From Perkinsus chesapeaki ATCC PRA-425 (Eukaryota > Protista > Perkinsozoa): a stretch of 42,103 nt of DNA. Positions within the stretch are counted from its first letter, which is position 1. The number at the start of each line of letters is the position of its first letter. Under the pieces are notes generated by a model. It was not told the DNA's origin, did not search any database, and was given only the letters and a program-made list of their open reading frames with translations. A program made the position numbers and the translations under genes. Shown here piece by piece: positions 22,293-31,875 of the stretch. The stretch spans positions 1 through 42,103 of the forward strand of contig JAAPAO010000294.1 in the NCBI GenBank assembly GCA_013115145.1. The letters run 5' to 3'.

Positions 22293-23364
22293 CTCAAATA
22301 GAGGACTTTCGTGCTTGGTCCGGAGAACGTGCCGAAGTCACATCTCTGGGCGCACGCTTTTGAGACGCAAATCTCGCTCGCCATAATGATCGATTAATTA
22401 TATTAGCTATTTGAGAGGTTTATTCGTTAAAGTGCAGTCGTTGAATGTTGTTGTTTTTGAGGCTAGCTTGCCACGGCTGAGACGCTAATGGTCGTTTTAA
22501 GAGGCCTTCCAGAGCTAGCCTAGATGGTAATCGGAGTTAGGAAGCCACAATAGTATATTGTTACATTAGTGGTGCCGTAAAACTATCGAACATCTTAATT
22601 GCAATAATGATGATAAGTATTAGATAGGGACAGCTGAGCACCTTCTTGAAGGTTGTGTGCTGATACCAATTATTGACAGTATTATTACTGAATAATAGTA
22701 ATTAGGCAGTGATGATTTATTATTATCTATGAACGCTTGGCTGAATATGATGATGCCAACTTTATGCCATTACTGAGCCTAAATACATAACGCTTGAAGA
22801 ACGCTTCGTAACGCTACGTAAGAAGAAAGCTTGGTCAATGGTAGTGTATTTACCATTCGTTGTCATTGTAAGATTAGACAATAGAACTTGGCTCAGTAGA
22901 TCTTACGAGGTCTAGAGCAGCAGTGGCGATAACATTTGACTAAAATGTTCTTGTTAAGCATCCACCAGTATTGTGAACGAAGAACGGTTGCTGCGGTAGC
23001 AAGAGGCAGTCGCATTGTCCGTTGTCAATAACATTTAATTTACATGAAGCTTTAAATCTTACAATAGTAAATACATTGATCTTGTATTGAGTTATTATTA
23101 GTATAAAACAGTCATCTTGTGCTTGTGGAGCAATAGCGATCAAGCGGGAAGCAACTTGACCTGTTTTGCATCCTTGGAGTGTTCCAACCTGAGTATCTTC
23201 GCGCCGAATTGATTTGGGCGAATATCTTGGCTCGAACCATGCAAGATTCTCGGAGCTCAATTCCGTGTGCCACGTAGTATCTTCGAGTACTCGTATGTTG
23301 TCCCATATTATATTTGATAATAGCTTCTGTAATAGCTGTAAGATTGTCTGTTTTTCTTCGTCTT

Positions 23365-24525
23365 ATGAGCATCGATCGGAAATGGCATCGTAAGCTGTCC
23401 CCATATCTCCACCCTTGTATTAAAGTAAACCCATTATGTGTTCAAAGCCAGACAGCCAAGACCGTCCTTATGGTTATTATATGGTACGCGGCTGCCACTT
23501 TCTCCAACACATTCTGCAAGAGATTGGTATCCCTCTATAAGGTCTCTCCACTTACTTTGACCATGGTCGATGCCGTACCGGCTCTATTGCTGCTCAAAAG
23601 GGACCCAAAGTCTCGGAAGATTTACCGGGACAACTGGAAGGCGTTGCTGGTTATTTCACTCTTCGCCACGAGTGCCACTTTGCTTCACAGGATCTCCCTC
23701 ACATACGCGCATGTTTCGACGATCCATACGGCTAAGGCAACTCAACCGTTGATATCTGCGGTGCTGTCGGGGGTGTTCCTAGGGGAGCATATTACCGGGG
23801 AGATGGCTATGTCTTTGGTATTGATAGTCGTCGGTGTGGTTATGGGCACTTTGAAGGGTAAAGGCCCTAAGGTGGCTGACCAACTAGAGCCATCGACCGC
23901 AGCTGGAGTTACACTGGCTCTTTGTGGGACAGTCTGTACTGCTATAAATGGTATTAATATGAAGAAGATATGGCATAATGATAGGGAGATAACCAAGAGC
24001 ATGATCTTCTCCGTTTCACGGACGATTGCCGCATGTATATTCTTTCCGGTGTGGCTCATCAGAGACGTCCCCAAGATCCGCGATGGTAGTCTAGGTAACC
24101 CCTTGGATGGCCAGACGGCCCTCGCCTTGGCACTGTACTCTATTGTTATGGTCACTCAGCACCTCAGCTCTCTATCAGTCCTACACGTGCTCTCTCCAGT
24201 GAGCCATTCGGTCCTTAATGGACTCAAGCGCGTGGTGGTGATAGCGGTGTCCTGTTATATTTTCGGCAACTCTTTGAGCTTTACTAATTGGATAGGCATT
24301 GGGATTTGTACGGCCGCTGTTATTTGGTACTCGAGATTGAAAATGGCTGCTCCTAAGAAGAACGAAGGATACTCTGCGGTAGAGATGACCGGCGGTGCAA
24401 TCGTGGGGTCGGATTCTGATAATGGTAATGAAACTATTGCGAGCCGACGGAATCCTCCATCTCCGGAAACGAGCGATAATGACAGTCCAGAAGGCCAGTT
24501 GGAAAGGTTGGACAAGATCGTGTAG
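23365..24525 (+). CDS. Triose-phosphate/nucleotide-sugar transporter family (TPT, SLC35E-like), intronless
   Basis: About 10 hydrophobic helices with IWY...N...K, VSTIHTAKATQPLISAVLSGVFLG and LSPVSHSVLNGLKRVVVIAVS, all TPT-family motifs. First ATG at 23365. Confidence 0.9.
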   Translation: MSIDRKWHRKLSPYLHPCIKVNPLCVQSQTAKTVLMVIIWYAAATFSNTFCKRLVSLYKVSPLTLTMVDAVPALLLLKRDPKSRKIYRDNWKALLVISLFATSATLLHRISLTYAHVSTIHTAKATQPLISAVLSGVFLGEHITGEMAMSLVLIVVGVVMGTLKGKGPKVADQLEPSTAAGVTLALCGTVCTAINGINMKKIWHNDREITKSMIFSVSRTIAACIFFPVWLIRDVPKIRDGSLGNPLDGQTALALALYSIVMVTQHLSSLSVLHVLSPVSHSVLNGLKRVVVIAVSCYIFGNSLSFTNWIGIGICTAAVIWYSRLKMAAPKKNEGYSAVEMTGGAIVGSDSDNGNETIASRRNPPSPETSDNDSPEGQLERLDKIV

Positions 24526-24671
24526 GGTATCTTTAATTCTTCATAGTGCGTAATATTTGTCATAATCATCATCATCAAGAGTAAGGTCTCTTGTACGAGA
24601 TATTTGTTCCCTATCCGAGACGCCATTGCGTTTCCCGCACGCCGCTGTATTTGCAGTTTATTTTTCTAAAT

Positions 24672-27225
24672 ATGTTCCGCGCCTTCCTCGGCCGGAAGTT
24701 GGCGAATGCGTCAAGCTACTATCGGTCTGGTCCGCGGGAATCCATCGAATCTCGAGCTCAGCGGTTCGGCTCGTACAGTTTCTTCAGGAACAAACGTGTC
24801 CGTCGGTTCGTGATAGCCTCGCCGTTCTTGCTGTATCTGGTTGCATGGGAATGTGTGGTGTGGCGACGGAAACGGTTTTACGTTAAGCAGAGGAAGAACT
24901 TTACTGGAGACACTCCTTTCTACGGCAAAGCGTGGGGGATGGAGACCGACTACCTTTTGGAACTTGCATTGAACGACGGCGATCTTATTGTTGTCTGTTA
25001 CGATCCCGAGGCGCTCCATTGGCCTGTCGCCATGGGGTTCTATTTGAAGACGTTACTGTTGGGGAGAGCAGTTGGAGAGGGCTGGAATAGAATAGGAATA
25101 GTTTGCCGAAAAGGGTCGGAAACTTGGGTGCATTTTGCCGAGGGACCGGAGCTTTATGGAGAGGTGTTGGCGGACTATCGAGTGAGCTATGTGGCGGTGA
25201 GGAAGCTGCAGTTTGCGGATGAGGTTCGAGCTGGCCTACCTGGAGTAATTAGGGCGGTAAGGGAGGAGCAGCTTACTAATAGTTTACCGTATACGGATGT
25301 GTGGCGAAGGTGGAATGATATGTGGCATAGGAGGGGCGGGCCGGAGTCGTTGGGAGATGATCCTGTGGTGAAGCAGATCGCGAAGGAATTGGACAAGTCC
25401 CATAAGAGACATGATTTAAGGGAAATGATAAGGGAAATGGAGGAGGTAGTAGCAGGGAGAGGTTGGGGATATGGACGAGCTCGAGGTATATCATGACAAA
25501 TGCTTATTATCATAATCTTATAATATCTCTTCGCGTATAGCGTATATCAAAATGAATATTAAGAGTAACGTGAGTTGTTATATGTAATTAATAATGATAG
25601 TATCGAGTATGGTATAGAGTGCATCTCAGTAATAACATGCAGTACTGGTCGATGATTCCGCGCCTGCATACAATAGTGACAATTTTGTAACCGTCCAAGT
25701 AAAGGCATATTATGAATTAAAGCAGCGAGTGTAATAGATGAATGGAAGCCGGGAAAAGGGCACTTTAAGGGTTAACCGAAAACGGTTAGTTGTAATAACG
25801 TAATTTGTTGAATGATGATGATGCCAGTCTCACGGTGAGCATGTCGTTTTTGCAGTGTAGGCTTTGTAAATGTATTGAAAGGGTAGCTCCTGACATTACT
25901 TTCCTTTCAAACTATGCTTCCGAAGCACCGACGATATAGGGGCGTGTACTTTGTCGGAATGCTGTGTGCTGCTAGTGGTTGGGGGGATTTGATGACCGGA
26001 AGAGATACCGGTTTGTTAACAGGTCATCGATATAACGGATAGTCCAGCTGCAAAGGCAAAGCTCGAAGAGACGTTGAAAGCATCTGTGGATAGAGCGGAG
26101 AAGGAATTAATAGAAATAGGCCATGAAGATGACTGTGGGCTTATGAAAGGGAGTCTTGGACATGATGCTGGTAATGAGGGGAAGGGATGATCTATTGTGG
26201 GATAGAAAATAAGAGATAGTGTTGATATGGTTATACGTAATGGTGGTACCATTTTTTGTGGGTAGTGCAGGCATTGAGGCTATTAAATTGTTATGTATAA
26301 ATATGTTATTATGTGAATTCATATAACTCGATAATAACTAAGTTGATAAAATAAATCTATATACATGATATAATGTTAAGTAATATATATCAATAACATT
26401 TCTGGATGAGATACGAGTGTGATGTAGTATTGATAATAGTAAACGGGGGGAAGGGTTGCCGTCCATATGATCAATAGAAGCCCACAGTAGTAGTGGGGGG
26501 GGAGAATTTTCGTCGACCAGTTAGTGCGGAAAACACAGGCGATTTTCATTTTATTATTTATATAGTGTACAGTAGGCTTATCCGAGCAACGAGGTGACGT
26601 TTTTGCTAGGATTCGTTGGTCGAGTATTCCAGCGGCTTGGCCTATTGCCGAGTAATATCAATTTGCGGTTGATGACACCAAATGACTTTATGAGAATGAT
26701 GCGTTTAAGAGCTCAGGATGGAGAGCCACCGACCGGCAGTGATCTTGGCAAGGCCTATTTTGTTAGAGAGGTTATATGGGAAAGGGGTCGGTGCCGGTGA
26801 ACTGAATGTATTATTTTTACAGCGAGTCGTCCACGCTGTGAATTTACTGTACATACATTTCTGCGAGCTCCCAACTAGCGTTGTGGAACTCCAAAATTTA
26901 TTAGAACTTTCTTATTATTTACTACATATATGTTCGTATCTGGGGGCAGCGTACTCCCTTCTGTGGCAAACTGATGGGAAATGGCTGCGGGAGGTTCTGG
27001 AAATTCAAGTGGGTCTGTCTGATTCGATCAGCACGCTGATTCGTAGATCGTTTGTCGTAAGACGGATGTTTACAGGCCAACTATGAGTTCTTCGCTGATT
27101 ACACGTTGAAGAATTTTAAGATTGAATGGGAGAATCTCAAGGTTGATGATCGTAATTACTCCAGCAAGAACAGTTCGGCGGACAGCAGGTTGATGATGTC
27201 GCCAAGAAATAAACTGGTTGATTGA
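24672..27225 (+). CDS. Four-exon, single-TM protein with a permuted papain-like (YiiX/YaeF-type NlpC/P60) fold and degenerate catalytic residues
   Basis: Phase-compatible GT-AG exons at 24672-25445, 26023-26170, 26610-26770 and 27076-27225. Arg-rich presequence-like N-terminus and one TM segment, then LNDGDLIVV...WNRIGIV...WVHF...VAVRKL and DAGFVGRVFQRLGLLP...TPNDF. The fold is assigned by motif resemblance only. Confidence 0.6.
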
Positions 27226-27802
27226 TAAGTGGTGTTGGAATGGCATGTTTCTGACATTAGGAGGGTGTTTGGTTCGAACACACTCATCGAAGGAGGGTAA
27301 TTATATATATTATTATATATTATTATATAGGGTATTGGGGTATATTATATATATTATTTATAATTATACTCCGGCCTGTTGTTGTTGTTGAGGGTATGCC
27401 TCAGAGCATACCTATTACGAGGCTACGCTCGTCTGTTTCAGCTGTTATGACTTGCTCCTCACAAAGATTCACCGTTGTAGTGAAGATAGAAAGTACTCAT
27501 TGGTATGTCGATTGCTGATGTCCCAGGTAACTTTCAAGTTGTTCGGGGATCCACCAGATGAGGAAGCAAGTCGTTTGACGATTGGCCAGAGGTCTACTGT
27601 CTCGAACTTTCCTGATTATTTTATACGCCCAGGGGAAAGCTTTCGATTTCACTTCAGATCATCGGACATTGGGCTTCCCCATTGGCCGGGGAGGTTGCTC
27701 GGGTATTTCCGAGTGTTTCAGCGAAATACGCTCTGCGTTACTTGGTAGAAGGGACTATTCTTGTTTCCCTCTCAGTCTTGATTTCCTAAAAGCATAATAA
27801 TA

Positions 27803-29191
27803 ATGTCGTTTGATTCGGACCGGCTGCTGCTGCTGCATTCAGGATTGACTCCTCGCTTTCAGACCGGTCATTCTCTGCCATCACAGAGTATGGCAATGGT
27901 CAGCGATCTCCCCTATGAACTCAAAGGCGTTCAGACCTGCGATCTGATCCGTTATTGGCCGCTGAAACGGCATAGTCGAACGAGCCACGAGTGTGATCTT
28001 CATACCAAATCGCGGCCCGTGAAGAGCCTGGATATGTTTATCAGTCACACTTGGTCCACTCCTCCCTATGTCAAGTTCGGTTGTCTGGCGCTGCGGTGCA
28101 ACACAATGTGGGCGTTTGTGTTGGCGTTGGTGACTGGGGTTACGATGCAGTCCTTGGAGATGCCAGTTGCATTCATTTTTGTGGCCATGTGGCTTGCTCT
28201 CTTAGTTGGTTATGCATTTGGCGGGTATCTTTGCTTTGATAGGAGAACCATTTTCTACGACCAGTTCTGTATCCATCAAAGCAATGAAAGAAAGAAACTC
28301 GAGGGCATTCGAAACATTGGAAATTATCTGGCTCGTTCTGATAAGCTTGTAATTTTCTGGAGTGCCGACTACAACGAGCGATTATGGTGCATATTTGAGC
28401 TAGCTTGTTTCCTGAGAACTGACGCTTCTCGGAACGTCGAGATCTGGCCCCTCCTCATCCTGGAGAACAGAGTCCGTATAATGTCGCTGCAACAGCTTTA
28501 CTGGGCACTGCGTATCGCTGTTGGTGGGAGTGGTTTGGTTCCAGGATGGATTGTGGACTTGTTATTCTCCCTCTATACCGGCTACTTCTGTCTGTTCATC
28601 GACGGTAAACCCCGACTGAAGCTTCAAAGAGATCTCACTACAATCAGCGCCAAAACACTGCACTGCTACTTGCCTGCTGATAGGGTTATGATAATGGAGC
28701 ATATCAACCGTTTGTACGGCGACTTCGAAACTTTTCGTGAAAGTGCTAAGGCGCTGTTTGCGCATCTATTCAGTCAATGGGGAGCCAACGAGTACTCCTT
28801 GAGAATTACCTTGGTTACAGCGTTCCCTATGATCTGCGCTACAATGCTAACTGGGAGGATGATAACTGGCATAGTTGTAACGGCCTTGCGCATCTTGCTC
28901 CATATTATTTTCTATTGTATTTACGGTACCGGTGCTGTTCTTGGATGTTGTTCGATGGGCGCTAGGAACGTGTGCAGATTTGGATGCTTCTGCATGTCGG
29001 TTTTGCACTCGTTGGTTCTCACTAAAGTGTGGAAGTTTGAGGATTCCTTTACTTCCAAGCCGGGTCTTGGCATCTGCTTCGTTGCTGTTATGGTTCAAAT
29101 GATGGTTATTCTTTTCCTTAAGAAGATATTATTGCTCTTAACACAAAGACCTCATAGATACGTCGACCACATGTGTGAGTGGCTTTTATAA
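27803..29191 (+). CDS. TIR-like domain multipass membrane protein, copy 1 (462 aa, intronless)
   Basis: DMFISHTW, a two-helix hydrophobic hairpin, IFYDQFCIHQ, LVIFWSADYNERLWCIFELACFL (Glu199), then about six further TM segments. Confidence 0.85.
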   Translation: MSFDSDRLLLLHSGLTPRFQTGHSLPSQSMAMVSDLPYELKGVQTCDLIRYWPLKRHSRTSHECDLHTKSRPVKSLDMFISHTWSTPPYVKFGCLALRCNTMWAFVLALVTGVTMQSLEMPVAFIFVAMWLALLVGYAFGGYLCFDRRTIFYDQFCIHQSNERKKLEGIRNIGNYLARSDKLVIFWSADYNERLWCIFELACFLRTDASRNVEIWPLLILENRVRIMSLQQLYWALRIAVGGSGLVPGWIVDLLFSLYTGYFCLFIDGKPRLKLQRDLTTISAKTLHCYLPADRVMIMEHINRLYGDFETFRESAKALFAHLFSQWGANEYSLRITLVTAFPMICATMLTGRMITGIVVTALRILLHIIFYCIYGTGAVLGCCSMGARNVCRFGCFCMSVLHSLVLTKVWKFEDSFTSKPGLGICFVAVMVQMMVILFLKKILLLLTQRPHRYVDHMCEWLL

Positions 29192-29461
29192 CGATGAAAT
29201 GACAGTGAATGCAACACCTTGTGTAACTCACGATGCTTTGGCGTCGAGGCAGGTGGATGCTTTCCGTTATTGTAAATAGGCGGAGAAATCCGTTATTATC
29301 ACTTTAACCATGGTTCTCGTTCGAAACCAATTCAGTTGTAGCATTATCACGTGCACGTGGAAGACTGTCCACTGTTAACGTATAACTGAGTTTCGACCTG
29401 TACGAGTTTTTTCGTTTATTCAAAGAGGAAATCGATTGTTTCTATCTCAGAGTTTCCTTTT

Positions 29462-30832
29462 ATGCGCCAAACTTGTGATGCCCGGGAAATGTCGGGACCA
29501 TCTAGACCAGGCATTGTGAACGGCGACCGCAAACATTCGTCTGTGAACACAGCTGATCTGCGCGGAATCGAGGCGAGAGATCTCCTGTGCGTCTGGCCGC
29601 TCAAGCGAGATACGCGCCGCCGGAGCCACAGTGATCTCTACAAGCGCTCTAAAAGTGTGGAGATGCTACACGTTTTCATAAGTCACTCATGGTCAGCCAG
29701 TCCATTGGTAAAGTATGCGGTTCTATCGTTTCGTTATAATACCCCATTTGCATTTTGTGCATCTTTCTTAACATTTATTTTCCTCCGTCTTTGGGGTGTT
29801 GGTGATGCTCTATGCTTTATTGGTATGTGGATTGGTCTAGTTTGTGGATATCTTTGGGGAGGTCGAGCTTCATTTGATCGAACACTTTTATTTTTCGATC
29901 AATGTTGTATCCACCAAGATGATGAGACTAAAAAGCTCGAGGGTATCCGACATATAGGTGATTATTTAACAAGAGCTGAAGGCTTTGTCATCTTTTGGAG
30001 CCAAGACTACAACACCAGACTGTGGTGCATCTTTGAGCTCGCCTGTTTTCTCCGCGTAAATGGCCCCGACAACCTTGAAGTCTGGCCTCTACCAATCTTG
30101 GAGCACCGTTTCGTAATAGTGCTCTTCCATCAGTGCTACTGGGTGGTTTTCTCTATGTTACACCATCCGCACTACGAGCTACTGCTTGATATTGTGTACA
30201 CTACTGTGACTGGCCTTTATTGCCTCTTCATTGAAGGCCGACAACGCGTGCGTATTCAGCGGGACGTAAATCATTTGGACCTCTCAAAGTTGGAGTGCTC
30301 GCTCGATTCTGATAGGGAAATGATAATGGCGCATATTCGTCGAATGTACGGCGGCTTTGATGAGTTTAGAAGCTTCGCTGAAAACCTGTTCGCGGGTTTT
30401 CATCACCAATGGTCTATCAACGGTTACACTTTCCGTAACATTTTTGTAACATGTTTTCCGTCTATATGCGTGTCCGTGCTCAACGGCCGTATTCTTACAG
30501 CTGCCACGATAACCTGCGGGAGAACTGTCTTACTTATCTGCTTTTACACTATTACTTACACTGCTGTTCGGCTGGGATACACGAGCTCCCTTGCTCGTAT
30601 AGTGTGCCGGTCCCTTTACCTACTCTGTGGAGTTGTTCACGCTGCTGCGATCGTCTGGGTCCGGCATGTCGAGAGCTCCTTCTTGGAGGCTACTTCGTAT
30701 ACGTCCGAATACATAGTGATATGCCTCATAATAGAGATGGGCGCTGTAATGTTGCTTGAGAAGGCCCTGGGGCTGATGACCTACCCTCCTCACGCGTACA
30801 TCCTTCAGATGTGCAACTTCATCGATATGTAG
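29462..30832 (+). CDS. TIR-like domain multipass membrane protein, copy 2 (456 aa, intronless)
   Basis: HVFISHSW, TM hairpin, LFFDQCCIHQ, FVIFWSQDYNTRLWCIFELACFL (Glu192). Colinear with copy 1. Confidence 0.85.
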   Translation: MRQTCDAREMSGPSRPGIVNGDRKHSSVNTADLRGIEARDLLCVWPLKRDTRRRSHSDLYKRSKSVEMLHVFISHSWSASPLVKYAVLSFRYNTPFAFCASFLTFIFLRLWGVGDALCFIGMWIGLVCGYLWGGRASFDRTLLFFDQCCIHQDDETKKLEGIRHIGDYLTRAEGFVIFWSQDYNTRLWCIFELACFLRVNGPDNLEVWPLPILEHRFVIVLFHQCYWVVFSMLHHPHYELLLDIVYTTVTGLYCLFIEGRQRVRIQRDVNHLDLSKLECSLDSDREMIMAHIRRMYGGFDEFRSFAENLFAGFHHQWSINGYTFRNIFVTCFPSICVSVLNGRILTAATITCGRTVLLICFYTITYTAVRLGYTSSLARIVCRSLYLLCGVVHAAAIVWVRHVESSFLEATSYTSEYIVICLIIEMGAVMLLEKALGLMTYPPHAYILQMCNFIDM

Positions 30833-31875
30833 CTGTCATCAGCCACGTTGAAATATTGTACTACTTTAATGCTTCTTATTCTATATCTTCTTTGATGTAG
30901 AGTTATGAGTGGCGAATGGATACTCGGTGACTTGGTGACGATAAAGCTCTTGAGTAAAGAAGACGCTCATTCACGCGTTATACGCCGTTTGACCGAATGC
31001 GTCGCTAGCTGGTTGCATTCTTATGACAGTGGTCGAAATACTTGCCTCACAATTCTAGGTCGAATTCTTGTCATATAGAGCATCCTCCCAGCACCATTAA
31101 CGGAGCTACACCTTCAGGGAGTCTTTTTCGTTTACAGGGTAAATATGTTCACCAGAAGGGACGGCAATTTGGCGATGGCGCGGAATAGGAAGTAGAATTG
31201 TACGAATCAGGATACTTTATTATATACTCTACTGTGAGGCTCATAGCTTCAACTTGAAGGAAGAATCTTGCTGGTGCGTCGCTCGTGGGATTTAAGACGG
31301 TGAGAACCTGACTTGTTTCTGGAAGGGTAACTATCGACACTGTTGACCCGAAACATGTTCAACTAAGTCGACTCAACTTTCACGCCACCTCCGAGGAAGA
31401 CGTTGCTGATGCTTCGGAGCGAAGAACGATTAAGTATTGATGATATAGTCTACATCGTTTAGGCATCTCAACATCTAACTACAACTTGGTTTTGTGACAC
31501 GAATGGCATGCAGCGCGATTGCATGTGATTGATGAAGGCCTTGAGGAGTTGTCATGTCTTTTGGGGGGCCTTGGAGGAATGGGGCTGTCACCGTGTTAGA
31601 CTGCATCATCGAAACTCGGAAGCCCAAACAGATGTTTTCATTCGTGATATTGCATAGTTTAATCATCGCATCGTTTTAATTTACATTTATTCGACCACCA
31701 CCGCCAAATCCACGTCTCATCCGTGTACATGTGTCCGATGTCCTCATCCGCGAATTAAATTTCTCAAAGGCTTCAGCTATACATACTATTTGCACGCACA
31801 CTCCTGGTGGCACGCATGCGCAAAGTTGCCTGCTGCGAAGAAGCGCGATCTACCAACCGTGGTGAGTAGAGCAGT

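Noticed and set aside
23224-23233. 10-nt spliced-leader-like match (ATCTTGGCTC) upstream of the intronless TPT gene
   Set aside because: A match this short to some part of a 22-nt leader is expected about once by chance in 42 kb read on both strands, and the flanks do not match.
22940-23362. 141-codon open frame on the minus strand in the strand-switch region
   Set aside because: It has no in-frame ATG, no recognisable motif and no clear splice partners.
27396-27797. Possible small spliced gene or 5' exons for TIR copy 1
   Set aside because: Splice-like signals exist, but no consistent ATG-to-stop model emerged and every frame stops before 27803, so no fusion to the TIR gene is supported.
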